Below are positions 1 to 13,180 of a DNA stretch of 64,000 bases, in pieces. How positions within the stretch are numbered: position 1 is the first letter of the stretch; each line of letters starts with the position of its first letter. Under the pieces are notes generated by a model that was not told the origin of the DNA, ran no database searches, and saw nothing but the letters and a program-made list of their open reading frames with translations. This stretch comes from Callorhinchus milii. Taxonomy: Eukaryota. Made by a program: the position numbers and the translations under genes. The stretch spans positions 4,838,001 through 4,902,000 of the forward strand of contig NW_024704743.1 of NCBI RefSeq assembly GCF_018977255.1. Direction: 5' to 3'.

Positions 1-856
1 AGTAGTGTCCCTAAAGTTCCCTTTACTCCAGTCGCTTAAACTCTATCCAAGCAACGTGCCTCAATAGTAACACCAAAAGAACACCCTAACTGCATTTCAA
101 TTTACATCAGCCACTCTGGAGCCTGAGAGACTGAAAATCAGAGGCATTCTGCGCTGTGAGTTCATGCCTACGCACTAGGAAATAGACTGGCACTGCCCAA
201 ACTCACATTTTATTGAACTTGCCGAGAGGTTTGGAATCGAACTAAGATACCAGAGAAGCGAGTGTGTTCTCCTACTGAACCACCCAGTATTTCACAATCA
301 TCACTGCAACATTTCATCACTAGGCTCTGCAGAACTAACACTGAAGCTTTCTGCAGAATTCCCTTTCTTACTGACTTCTTTTTTAAAAGCCAACTATTTG
401 CTCCAGAGCAGTTTAAACAAAATTAGCAATGTAAGTCGCTGAAGGTTTGTGGCTGATATTGAACTTCGCACCTTTACGGAGGAGGAAAGCATCACGGTTA
501 ATTTTTTTTCAATAGTTATATAGAATCTACATTGTGCCATAAACCTTGTTCACCTTTGTTCAATTCTCTCGACATTTATCTCAAAATTTGATCCCAAATC
601 CTCCAAAATAAATGACCTTATTTTACAGGTTATTTTCTACAAATAAGCAATAAAATGTGTGTTATCTAATAATGATACGATATCTAATATAATCAGGATA
701 TCAGAGTACTTCATATTAAGGGGCTATTGGAATACATGCTACATAATACTGGCAGTTAGGATTTAACAAATCAAATTGCTTAATGGACGTAACAAAGTTA
801 TCTTATCAACAACCACAGACTTTTAATAAAACAATTCAAGCACAAGTTGGTGACTT

Positions 857-1168
857 ATAATTAATAATCCTTGCATTTGATATAGCGCTTTTCACGTCTT
901 CTGGACATCTCAAAGCGTTTCACAGAATATACTGTAAAGTGAATTGACCGTATACTTGTGGACGAAACATGGCAGCCAATTGCGCACAGCAATGTCCCAC
1001 AAACAGTCGTAGATTGAAAATGACCAATTTATTATTGTTTTTGGTGGGATTATTATTAAGCTCTGTGTGGAGTAAGGAAACTTGCCCAAGGTTTCGCCCT
1101 GCCGGGAATTGAACCCAGGTGACTCGCTTGCAAGGCGAGTGCTCTAACCACTGAGCTACAGGACTCCA
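857..1168 (-). mobile_element. Full-length young tRNA-derived SINE (short variant)
   Basis: Head with A box TAGCTCAGTGG and B box GGTTCAATTCC; Deu-like core GGGACATTGCTGTGCGCAATTGGCTGCC; L2-like 3' end with (ATT)n tail. Many near-identical copies in the window. Confidence 0.9.
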
Positions 1169-2003
1169 ATTACCGCTTGACTGACAGGGACAATCATTGC
1201 ATGAATTCAGATTATCCAATGTGAATCGGCTTCCGTATTCCCAACAAGTACCACACTAAGTCCTCATGTAACTGACCTCGTGATTATTGAGTTCAAGTGT
1301 TCGTTACGACAGGGACTCAACAACATGCAACTGCACTTAATTATTAATTATTGTGCAAGTATGGATCTGTATACACAAGGACATAAAGTACAAAGATCTC
1401 CAAAGTGTGCCAAATGACGCAGTAATAGCTCACGTAACATGTGGGGAGAAGCAGCAGCCACTGCCAACTGGGGAAGCCAGCCAGTTAAGTCAACCAGCCA
1501 AAGTTCAACAGTACTGTACATCCTTATACAAATGTCATTTTGTTGTTGTTGTTGTTTATCACAGTACATCTTATCATCAGTCAACTTCAGGGAATTATTC
1601 TCCGTGGCAACTCACCTTACCTGTCGCATTACGGAGACTGTTTTTGCAAGTGAAGTATATATAGATTCAACTGAAGATGGGTTAGATAATTATCTCACTT
1701 GCGCAAGTGGTGACTAACAGATCACTGACTGATAAACTCTCAGCTCCCATCCACCAAAAAGTGGCATCGTGGGATTGTTTAAAAGTAATATGAAATAAAA
1801 AGAAAATAAAGCAATAAAGCAGTTTTGAAACAGTTTTTTTNACATGCAAGGAAGGCTTTGGCAGAATGTAACCTGTCATTGAAACGGAGTGTAAATCTGA
1901 TGTGAACCTTTGCAGTAAATGTAGATTTATCAAAATTAATCAGTTTTAGGTTCAACCTCATGTTTTATGCTTTCACCAAGTTAAAAATGTATTTCTCATG
2001 CTA

Positions 2004-2118
2004 TTCGCCCACAAAATATACAATCAATTCACTTTATAGTATATCCTGTGAAGCCCTTTGAGATGTCTCTAAGATTTGATAAGGCGCTATATCAAATGCA
2101 AGGTTTATTATTATTATT
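2004..2118 (+). mobile_element. SINE 3' fragment
   Basis: ttcgcccacaaaat...aaatgcaagg followed by an (att)n tail. Confidence 0.85.
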
Positions 2119-2232
2119 GGGAGGGGAGTAATTTATTCAGCATTTTACTAAAACAAAGTTTCTTCAGTAAGTTGCCAGAGGACTATTTTGAGAAACAGCA
2201 TAACTGGATTAAGAGATAATATTTTGGGAACG

Positions 2233-2490
2233 ATAATAATAATAATCCTTGCATTTGATATAGCGCTTTTCACGTCTTCTAGACGTCTCAAAGCGCTTTA
2301 CAGAATATATTGTAAAGTGAATTGACTGTATCTTTGTGGGCGAAACGCGGCAGCCAATTGCGCACAGCAATGTCCCACAAACAGTCGTGGATTGAAAATG
2401 ACCAATTTGTTATTGTCTTGTTTTTGGAGGGATTATTATTAGGCGTGTGGAGTAAGGAAACTTGCCCAAGGTTTCGCCCTGCCGGGAATT
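2233..2490 (-). mobile_element. SINE, 5'-truncated
   Basis: Near-identical to the 857-1168 copy. Confidence 0.9.
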
Positions 2491-2769
2491 TATGGGATAG
2501 AGGGAAAGACAGGCAGGTGAAGCTTAGAACCAAAAAGGGATCTAACATTTAGACCTTTAATAGTGAATGCAGTTCCTAAAAATTCTTTCAAGGTAGATGA
2601 CACCAAATGAGATAGACCAGCATTTGGTGTTGCGAAATATCCTAGCTGGAATTGGTATTTTTGTAGGAAGAACTTTCCAAAGAAAATACATTTTAAAAAA
2701 TCTTCATAGAACAAACAATTGTATAAGGAAACGCACTGTGAAATCGAAGTATAAACCCTTTAGTAGTTT

Positions 2770-3068
2770 TCTAGACGTCACAAAGCGCTTCACAGAATAT
2801 ACTGTAAAGTGAATTGGCTGTATATTTGTGGGCGAAACCGGTAGCCAATTGAGCACAGCTGGGTTTCACAAACAGTCATGGAATTTTTTTTTGAGGAATA
2901 TCCCCGGAAAAATAATCCATCTAATTCCAATTGGGTTACTACTTACTGGTGGATAAACAGAGGTGTGTGGAGTAAGGAAACTTGCCCAACATTTTGCCCT
3001 GCCTGGAATAGAACCCAGGTCTTTCGCTTGTAAGGTTAGTGCTCTAACCACTGAGCTGCAGGACACCA
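2770..3068 (-). mobile_element. SINE (long variant, diverged)
   Basis: Same tRNA-like head and core as the other copies. Confidence 0.85.
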
Positions 3069-3662
3069 CTATATATATGTATATATACTCCACTGTAGAC
3101 CAACTAAAGTAGCTACCCAAATAACTACCTTAATCTGATCCTCTTTAAAGCTAGATAATTGTCGCACATGATGGGACGGACAAAAGGGCCCAATATCCTG
3201 CCCGTATGAGCCTGGACTGAGGAATTTTCGCCTGCTGAAAATCTAATTGAACACGCAGCAAATGCGTAGCAGGCTAAGAAAATGTGCCCTGCCATATTAA
3301 GCACAGATTTGAAATTTAGGACATTGTTAATTGGATCTTTCAGCTTTTGCGGTTAAGGACCACACAATCCATTTCCATGATTGATGTCAAGGAACATTGA
3401 GCAGCTATCAATCCAATCACATCTACTGCTCAATCCTATGCACAAGAACAGCAACAATAAGATATTACTGGTACGCAACTAATCCACTCTAGATTATGTT
3501 CCACACTATTCCGTTCAATTTTGTTCCTTACGTTAATTTGCTTAAATGGCTTTGTCTACAAGAACCAGTTATGCAAATACACATTTAGCGTGGCAAAATG
3601 TAGTAAACTTTCACTACGTTTTTTNAAATTGACAGGTTTGCAAATAAATGAAAGTACTGCAC

Positions 3663-3781
3663 CTCTGATGATGGTGTCCAAAGAAGCGTACGTCCACCTG
3701 ATTTCCGGAACGTTGCATGACTTTGGCAGGCCAAAACCCAAAGCCTTTCATCCGAGCCCACACCAACTCATGATTGGGAAC
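3663..3781 (-). CDS. ZMYND11: ZMYND11 exon 10 (PWWP), [39 protein letters not shown](R)
   Basis: PWWP signature [13 protein letters not shown]...VRFFG. Acceptor ttctttag, donor gtgcag, 119 nt. The next exon was not found in the window. Confidence 0.96.
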
Positions 3782-6191
3782 CTAAAGAAGAAAGCCCACC
3801 TCAATAATGGAATACTTGCCTTATACAAAGAAATGAAGATACAATTAATGCGTCACTAAGCACTAAATTTAATTCTTTGCCACCCTGCCATAGGCTTGTT
3901 TGCTAGAACGTTGGCCTTGTGAAAATAATACTATGATCGGTTATCGTTTAAAAAGTACTAGTAACACGAGGTCACAAAGCTTCAGACATATCAAATCATC
4001 ATTTGTCTTCCTTTACTTATAACCTGTTACATTACAGTTTAAAATGAATAGAAAAGATTTCTTTTATTCACTATAATAATATAGGAACAAATAGCTACTG
4101 CGGGATATAAACCAGCATATTTAATCACAGGCCAGTTTCTCAAAAACAGCTCACAATTTGCCCCTGTGGTTTGCATCATTAACAGGACTATTCAACTGAC
4201 TATTTCTATTCCATTGACTGCTGCCTTGTAATTCATTGTAAGATATCATACTGGGATGAAATTCGCCTTCCGTGTAATATTTATCACATCTAATGAGCTA
4301 TCCCCTCCCCTCTTCTCCATTTGTACAACATTCGCAGTGGTAGGAGTCAGAGAAACTGGGTCCTATGGCATTGGATGTCTAACCCAGGACATTCAACTGC
4401 TGTGAGTGGGTTCCTAGATGTTCTGAGTTATTTTTATCCACTAACCAGCTGCCGAAAGTCACGATCTACAAATCAAATACTGTTTCTCCCCTTTCGCTAT
4501 TTGTCATTCGATGTTAAGGACCAAGAACCGCAAATTTCATTCCATTAAATTTGAGTTCACTTAGAATAAAACGGTTGGCATTATTACGTTAATAATACAG
4601 TCTCCCTCAAAACTAATGGTTGGGTGAATACACTGCATCTTTGGCATATTATAAAGACTCTAGAGTGGAAACGCAGTTTAGGGAAATCATCAATGTAACC
4701 GAATAAGTAGTGGCCCCAAGACAGACATTTCAACAGATGCTTTATCATTGCTTCTTTTGTGAGTCTGAAAGCATCTGCTAACTATGGAAAACTCATTACT
4801 TATTACAACTTGTCTAATATTATCACAGGCCCTAAAGATCCCATTAATAACAATACTCTTCTCATTAAAAGGCAACTCCATTTATCTAAATTGCAACACA
4901 AGCTGTGATCTGATCGCAGATGATCAATGAGGCTGTACTCCAAGATTGGAGAATCTTTGTGTTGCCACTGGAGGGAAATGCTACAAAAATCATCTGTTCT
5001 CAGGATGTCTCATATGTAATTTGAAACATAAAGGAATGGATCAATGACCAAGAAGCATCAGCAATATATACAGTTATCTCCCTTTAGACATTAAGTATTA
5101 AGCAACAATTAGTTTGATACAGTTGCCTCAATAATAAACTATTACTTTTTTTAAGAGATTATAGTAGAAGTAATGAAGGAATTTCAGAAACCATAATTTA
5201 TAACTTAATTAGGGAATTTATCATTTCCACTTAATATTACAGAGTACATCATCGAGTGATTCACTGGGGGTCTTAATGTTTTTGCACCGCTGGGGCTTTG
5301 TTGTGAACCCAGCCCAAACCAAAGAGATGAAATAACTGTTAAAGCCTATATATAGTCCATGCTCGTCTCTGCAGCTTAAAATGGGTGCAAAGACTCCAGT
5401 AGTTTGGGAACAGTGGCAGTAAATATCCTATTTAACTGAAAGAGGCCAAAAAAGTAATTTGGATGTAAAAGAAAATGTTAAATTGATTTTCAATATGGAG
5501 TCACCCATCGGGGATGGGCGGGGGTTATGGTACACCATTGTATACTGTATTTGATTGGGGTGAAAAAACATGGGAGACTTAAAATGATCCTGTGCTTTAT
5601 GTGCTTAGAGGCCTAGAGCCAATCCCTGTTCTTGCAAGGGACACAAGAAATCATGAAGTGGAGGGATGTTGTTGCTGAGGAACAATACCTTTATTACATT
5701 GGACAGCGTCCTAGAGTTCAGCGCGTGCAGGTCAGATTGCGAGACTAAACTCAGAACAATAAACATTTGTTATTTTAATGCACAAGCTTGTGATATGATG
5801 GCGCAGCGGTGTTAATATACTGTGTTTTCACCTCCGGGACCAGTCTGCACGTAGCCTAGACTGATGAGATTAAAAACATCTTCATTCTTGAGTGAATGCA
5901 AGGTTCCTATTGGAAGTGAGTTTAGACAGTGACAGCAGCAGCTGGTCTGGGTTCAACACTACAAGAGGATAAGATTGTCAAAGTGTCACAAATCATAGCT
6001 AAAATTCTCAATATGGAATGGTTACTGAAGACAGCAAATGATCTTCTATGGTTGGAATTTAGGCAAACTGTCATGTTTGCAGAGAGAGGAGATTCTTCTA
6101 AATGTAGCTACATTCAACCCGAGTGCATTGTTACGCTCCAGGAACAATTCTGTTTCCAAAGGTTTAAATATAAAATATAAAACTCACTTAC

Positions 6192-6269
6192 ACAAGGGTA
6201 GCAAAACCAGTTCTCTGGTCGTGCATTTGACAAGTAGAAACAATTCTTGCACAGCTGAAGCTCTGCTAA
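6192..6269 (-). CDS. ZMYND11: ZMYND11 exon 9 (zinc finger), [26 protein letters not shown]
   Basis: Matches human [26 protein letters not shown]. Acceptor cttttccag, donor gtaagt, 78 nt. Confidence 0.96.
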
Positions 6270-6966
6270 CTGGAAAAGAAAATGTAAACATCAGCAGCAG
6301 TTAGCCGCAAATCATTTATACCAAAATTCAAAGTAGGAGTTACCCCAATATAAAACAAACTTCTATATAAAACATTAAAAAATTCTTCACCAATTCTTTA
6401 TAAAGGCTACTATTCCTTCCACAAAGGGCTATGAAAAAAATGGCTATTTAGTGCAAAAACAGACTACTTATCAAGTAATACAAAAGATTAGCAAAATATT
6501 GTAACTTATGATTTATCATAAAGCAAAAACATATTGCAAATTGCTCTGTGTATTTTGCAGGGATACCAAACCTACTAATAAACCTTTCACAGAATGAGAG
6601 TGAAAAGGAGAGCCTCTGTGGTGTTAACATTCAACTGGAGAAAGTTAGCTTTCATCAAGAATTTGGTCAATTGTGAATTGCTCCTTGAATAGAGTTTGGA
6701 GGCAGATAGAATTGGGTGTGAAAGTTAACCCTATTCCTGCGGATGACATTGCTGAGCGGGAAAACGTAAATATTAAAGATGAGATCTGACAGAATCATAG
6801 AAATTTACAGCATAGAAGGCGGCCATTCAAACCACCATGTCTGTGCTGGGTCTTTGAAATAACAATCCATTCAGTCCCATTCACCTTTAGAATTTACCCT
6901 TTAGAATAAAAATATGATTTGTACAATTTATAGGATTTTTTAACTCCTTCGGATTCTGTTGCTTAC

Positions 6967-7022
6967 CTCGTGACAAGTATCTTTGAAGAGAGCCCTGGCT
7001 ACTTCTGCCTGGTCACTCTCAG
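6967..7022 (-). CDS. ZMYND11: ZMYND11 exon 8, (A)ESDQAEVARALFKDTCHE
   Basis: Lies within ORF 6940..7191. Acceptor ttttattggcag, donor gtaagc, 56 nt. Confidence 0.95.
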
Positions 7023-7999
7023 CTGCCAATAAAAAAAAGGAATAAACATGGATTAACAAAAAAATACATTTAAATATTGAAAGCTCTCTCTCTCTCTCCC
7101 CCCTCACCCCCTCCCCGTCTCTCCCCAAAGATTCTGAAATTATATACTGTAATTTCTCTTTTTTGACATGCCAGACCTTGCTTACAAGCACATAACTTAA
7201 AAGCTTTTTTAATTAGGAAATAAGCCTGTGTGCTTTCTGGTGAGCAAGAGGGAACATGAGAGAAAGCACGCAAAACTAGGATGATCAGTGGAGTTCAAGC
7301 ACATGGGTTGAGCATTTGGTAAGCGAGCAGTCTCAGACTATCCACGTCACTGAGAGATATGGTTACACATAGTTCTTGGTCTATACAAAGACAAAACGCT
7401 CCAGGCTTATTAAAATGTAATCTGTACCTATCTACTTTTTTTATTTACAGACTCCTAGGATCCTTGCCAAAAATGTAACGCATAGAGAAAGCTTTGTGTT
7501 CTCTATCGCACCTGGATCAAGTGGCTCTGTGGGGGAGCTTTGGTGTGGAATTGCTTTTACTTCCCAGTTTATTAACCACTAAAGGTCCAGCAGATCCAGA
7601 GATCTGCTCCTAACGTGCCGGAAAAAAAACTTAGTGATAAGGTCTCTTAGATATCATGAGCACCGTTACAATACAGAACTAAATTAAGGCAAATTGTTCT
7701 TGAAAATGTACTTTTGTGCCACCTCATCTCTCCCTACCCCCTAAAACTGTATACCCTCCTTTTTATTTCGAAAGTGTTTTAGTTTTTTATTATAGGTTGT
7801 GTATTCAGTATTGACTGTAGTCTGACACATTTATGTTATACAGAGGCTGGAGTACTTCCCTGCCAGTGTTCCTTCAGATGTTAAATCAAGGTCCGACTGT
7901 CTGAACAGGTGGACATTTATGATCATGCAACACTTCAAAAAGAGAAGGCAATTTCTCCCAGTATCCTGGCCAACAATCCTTCAGATCAACTGCTCAGTC

Positions 8000-8275
8000 A
8001 CGTTATGGTTGTTTGTGGGGCATTGCTGGGCACAAATGGGCTACAAGGCGGAGGGATTGAGGGAGTGTTCCATAGTTTCGGGGTGTAGTAGCTGGAAGCG
8101 CGACCTCCGATGTTGGAGCGGAGGACGCGAGGGACGAGCAGCAGGCCTGTGCCAATCGAGCAGAGGCGCTGGGTGGTGGATCGGGGGAGTGAGGAGGTCG
8201 GAGAAGGTAGGGAGGTGCCAGGGAGTGAAGCGATTTGAACACGAGTGTGTGGATCTTGAAGTGCTGCACTTCAAG
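8000..8275 (-). mobile_element. L2 LINE 3' fragment adjoining a Deu-core fragment
   Basis: ORF 8003..8269 contains FKIHTLVFKSLHSLAPPYL, typical of the L2 ORF2 C-terminus. Confidence 0.75.
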
Positions 8276-8570
8276 CAGTAATGTGTACTTAGTTCCAATT
8301 AAGCAGCCAGACAGTGGCCTAGCTCCTATTTTCTTTCTACTAATGATGCTTTATAAGACAGGGATTTTGCAAGAATAAAATCGATCAGCTCTCCCTTACA
8401 TTTCCCCAGGGATCCAAAGAAAATGCACTGTTCTGCCCCACAATAGTAACTCACTTCATATGTGTGGGTGACTACTTGCACAAAACTGCCACACACCAGC
8501 ACATTCAGCAACCGTGCCGTTAGGTTCTGTTCTCAAAAAAAATAAGATTGAATAAAAATAATCATCTCAC

Positions 8571-8658
8571 CTCCATAGAAAAGTATGGTGTTGTGAAGAA
8601 GCAACTGGGCATCAGCTTTAAACTCCTCAAAACTTTTGTACTTGTTTTCACTCACTTT
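8571..8658 (-). CDS. ZMYND11: ZMYND11 exon 7 (bromodomain), [29 protein letters not shown]
   Basis: Matches human [29 protein letters not shown]. Acceptor ccttgcag, donor gtgaga, 88 nt. Confidence 0.95.
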
Positions 8659-9636
8659 CTGCAAGGCAAATCAAGAAATAAAATAAAATGGTATTTGACC
8701 ACTAAAACAACTTGCCATTTCACCTCCGAGACAGACAGTGTCCCTGAGGTTACAAGACCAATGCTCTTCCCTAATAGCCCAATATTCTTAGCAGGAGCAC
8801 AACATTGAACATTACTGTGACACCTGCCCTGAATGGAGCAAATTGGGTCGTTGTTGTGTTTGCTGCTCCACCATATCTCTAACCCTGAGCTTTTCGCACT
8901 CATATTCTTCAGTAAATAAACTGGACTGATGGATACAACAAATTACACTTGTATAGCGCCTTTCACATCAGGAGGATGTCCCAAAGTGCTGATGCTCTAC
9001 TTTAAGCATGACCTCCTTCAGTCTTTGAAGGACGTTCGACTTTTAAATAGAAAAGAGGAATTTTTGTCAATCACACCCTCCCAATTCTTCACAATGGGAT
9101 GTGATTTGAGATGTATTTGCCAAAGGTGCTAAGTAGTTTCCCAAAGTGGAAAATAAAAGTCAGAAGTCAATGATCTCCAAACCAGCTGCTGAGTCAATGA
9201 CCTGTAATCCAGCTGTTTTGAATCAACCAAATTACGGTTTTCCACCCCTTTTTGGAATAATAATGTTTCAGATGGTCAAGAGATTAACACGAGGTCATGG
9301 GACAGACAGCCAAATAGTTGGGATTAACTACTTTACAGGGAGGGTGGTGAATATGTAGAACAGATTGCCCAGGGAAAAGCAGTGGAATTTAGTAGCAACT
9401 CCAGTTCCAAGGGGTAATTACACAGATACATGCTAGCAATGGAGTTTGGGGTGTAGAAAAGACAACAAGCAATCCTCTTTTAGAAATAGGACCAAGTCTT
9501 GAAGCCAACAGATACTCATAAGAAATCGGTGAACTGTATTGGTAACTAAAACATACAAGAAACTATGGCATTGATGGGTAATGAATTCAGATTATAAAAT
9601 TAGATACTGGTCAGACTTTTGCCGTGCTTTACCTAC

Positions 9637-9729
9637 CTCTTGTATGGTGGTAACATCCATAGGTGTGTGCACCAATCTTCTATACATGGGGTGTTTACTC
9701 TCCTTTCCTTTTTTACCAAGTTCTGTAGC
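9637..9729 (-). CDS. ZMYND11: ZMYND11 exon 6 (bromodomain), [31 protein letters not shown]
   Basis: Lies within ORF 9592..9915. Acceptor ctctacag, donor gtaggt, 93 nt. Confidence 0.95.
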
Positions 9730-9840
9730 CTGTAGAGAATGCAACAAAACAATTCCATTTATTTGGCAAGTTGGAAAATTGGAATTTGAAATAGACCTGA
9801 ACAGATTTTCAATATAGGATACTGTGGATCCTGGATTAGT

Positions 9841-10078
9841 TACTGTAAAGTTAATTGACTGTATATTTTGTGGGTGAAACGAGGCAGCTAAATTGCACAC
9901 AGCAGTGTCCCACAAACAGTCGGGGATTGAGTGACCACTTTATTTTTTTTTGAAGGGATTATTACACCCAGAAAGCGATCCACCGATCGACTAACAACTC
10001 GGTTCCTACTTTCTGCTAGGTAAACAAAGGTGTAAGGAAACTTGTCTAAGGTTTCGCTCTGCCTGAACCCAGGTCCTC
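9841..10078 (-). mobile_element. SINE (long variant, partial)
   Basis: Core plus the extra segment gaaagcgatccaccgatcgactaacaac. Confidence 0.85.
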
Positions 10079-10727
10079 TTTATAAAGATACACGGTACAG
10101 TCTTTTTGAGGTTCATCTTTTTCTCCATATATCTTTACTCTAAAAACATGCACAGCTTCCAAAGAGTTCAGCACTGTCTCTTAGACCTCTCTAATTACAT
10201 GCTGTAAAGTGCACAGGTAAATGGTCGGTGTGCCTGAACAGAACTCTGTGGATCAATCTCCCTCTGATTGTTCCATCTCAATAGAATTGCTGCTTCAGAC
10301 CATATTAACTGAGATCAAGCATTCAGTGTGGAAAATCTCAGGTGAACGCAGGTGTCCCAAGCTGCAACACAGTATATTGCAACACAATACACTAATGTAA
10401 TGTGCCAATAAACTCCTAAAAAGTCTGTCATTGCTTGTATTTCTGTGCAAAATTGTTTATTAACTAACTTAAGCCTGGTTCCCTGTATAAGTCCTTAGCT
10501 GATAAGAAAAAGCTATTTCATCACTATGATGTTTTTCATCATACCTTCTGTAAATATGTAGAAATCTTTCTTTTCATTTGGTCACTCATACGATTTACAT
10601 AACAAGGATCATGAGAGACATTTTCAATTAGATTGTTTTTAATGATTTAGAAATGAATGCATTTTAATTATCATGAAATTGGTTACGGTTTGTGAGGAAA
10701 CAAAATCCCTTTCTCCGTTTTCATCCT

Positions 10728-11065
10728 TATAATAATAATAACCCTTGCATTCGATATGGCGCTTTATCGCATCTTCGAGACGTCTCAAAGCGCTTCACAG
10801 AATAAACTGTATAGTGAATTGACTGTATATTTTGTGGGCGAAACGCGGCAGCGAATAGCGCACAGCAATGTCCCACCACCAGTGGATTGAGTGACCACAT
10901 TACTTTTTTAAATTATATTTATTATTTTGAAGGGATTATTATCCTTGGAAAAGTGGTCTGCCAATTGACTAACAACCAGGTTCCTACTTACTGCTAGGTA
11001 AATAGCGGCGTGTGGAATAAGGAAACTTGCCCAATATTTCACCCTGACTGAGAATCAAACCCAAG
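10728..11065 (-). mobile_element. SINE (long variant)
   Basis: Tail, core and part of the head are present. Confidence 0.85.
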
Positions 11066-13057
11066 TAGAGATTCTCTAGATTTACATGTAAAGTCAGCAA
11101 CAAGTTAAAGGCAGTCTCTTGGTTTTCTGTATTCTCTTACATGTGATGCATCTGCCTACATCAAACCAGTCTTGTATGAATGAGGATAATACTGTAGGAC
11201 CTGTAACCTAAAGATTTCAAATGTCCATGTTTGTGCTTATCTTGATATACCATAAAGCAAAATTAATCCCTTTTTCTGCTCTAAACTGAAAATGCATCAA
11301 AAAATCCAATTAAAAAACATTACAGGATTACTCTGATAATGAATATCAATGCCAGAAGAACACCTCTACTGAGATATTTGCAGTTCCAACACAGTTAAAT
11401 TCACAATAACTTGGGACTGTATACTCATGTACACTGTAGTAAATTAATAATAATAATCCCTGCATTTGATATAGCGCCTTATCACGTCTTCGAGACGTCT
11501 CAAAGCACTTTGCAGATTATACTGTAAAGTGAATTGACTAATTACCTTTACTAAACCCACTTAACCATTAATAAACTAAGCCTGAGATTTATTTGACTAC
11601 CCTGAATTAAACCCCAAGTCCCAAAGATTCTGGACCTGTTTCTACGGTTAATATAGACGACAAACCTGCCTCATACAAACTGAAACACAATCTGTTCTGT
11701 ACGCACTTTTGTCTCTTCTTTTAAATCAACAACTGTGAAAACAAACAATGAGTGAACTACAGTTGGAGCCAACAAATATTTAATTGAATTATACAGAGAA
11801 TATTCGGGATTAAGAGAAATTCATTCCACGAGTGGGGAGAACCAACAAAAAAGATCAAATCGAACGCATTTAATTATCGTGTTGGTGTGGTCTAAAAAGT
11901 GACAGATAAGATTACCCACCTTGTATGGACTTCATTCTTCAAATCAAAGACATCGGCCACATTGAGGATTGAGTTCCGCACTGGTACTGGAAGATTGGGA
12001 AATCCACCATAAGGGACAGCCTCCCATGAAGATAATGTTGACACTATAACATTGAAGACACCCCCCACTTACCTCCCAGATCTCCGTGCTGTGAAAATAA
12101 GACAGGGCTTTCCAATGGCTTTCAGTTACTTTTAGTGCCTTACCCTACTATCGGTCTCTGCGCTCTCTGTCAGAGCCTAAGGGAACCAGAAAACCAGAGA
12201 AGAGTATCGTGTGGCAGATGTAGTTGTTATACGGATATAGGAAGGGATGCGATGTGACTATTCAGCACATCATAGCTCATCCTTTACTGCAGTGTTCTAT
12301 CTAATAAAGCATCAATCTTTTTGCTTCTACCACCCAACTGTTAGCCTGTTCTCAACAGCTACATCAAGTAACAGAAGTTTCTGAGCAGGGTTTGTTGAGC
12401 CTAGTGGAACATGTGGAGGCTTGTACAGAAATGTTCTGGCTATACATCACAACATTTTTTTTGTTGTTTTCAAATTGCTGCTTCACCACATTGGCTGCCA
12501 CTGAAAGTGATTTGTAACCTCTTTGGTTCTATCAAATGAAACTCATTAGTCGAACACCCAAGTAGGATGGACACCTATGATGCACTTTCAAAAGAAAACA
12601 CAATACATTAGATTGGTCAGCAGTGTATTCAATGTGTTTTTTTTCTCTCAACTGCATACTCTTATGCTCTGGAGCTGTAAATTTAAGCTCTCGGGGATCA
12701 GGGGAAACTGCGGACATAAACATCTCTCCCGAAAGGAAAGTCTGTTGATCATTCAGGCTGCTACATCTCAGGTTCTCGAGCAGAAACTGGGATGATGTCT
12801 GCTGATAGATCTACAGATGGGTCACTCCAAACCATGGATGACTTTAAGGTGAACAACAACAACAACAAATTACACTTGTAAAGCGCCCTTCACATTGGAA
12901 AAACATCCCAGGGGGTTCGACAATCAGGGGTTTTGATTATATATCCACTTATATACACACCTCCTGCCACCCCCTCCCCTGGTTCGGAGTCAGTCTCCGC
13001 CACTGCTAAGCGCTCTGAAAAGCTACCCTGCTAATGTAAGTGCAAATTGTTGGTGTA

Positions 13058-13180
13058 TATAATAATAATAATAATAATAATCCTTGCATTTGATATAGCG
13101 CTTTTCACGTCGGGAGGACGTCCCAAAGCGCTTCACAGAACACACTGTAAAGTGAATTGACTGTATATTTGTGGGCGAAC
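13058..13180 (-). mobile_element. SINE 3' fragment
   Basis: (aat)n tail, then sequence matching the 41366 and 47104 copies up to gtgggcgaac. Confidence 0.9.

Noticed and set aside
1090..1168. tRNA-Ala-like cloverleaf (also at about 27740-27812, 37835-37907 and 42063-42135)
   Set aside because: Always attached to the SINE body and variably mutated, so these are SINE heads and not tRNA genes.
1..3662. ZMYND11 exon 11 (AWIPSENIQDIT...)
   Set aside because: No matching translation found; it is presumably left of the window.
11141..11207. 67-nt AG/GT-flanked segment that would restore frame after the 16-nt and 67-nt candidates
   Set aside because: It has an in-frame TAG in the required phase and a weak acceptor.
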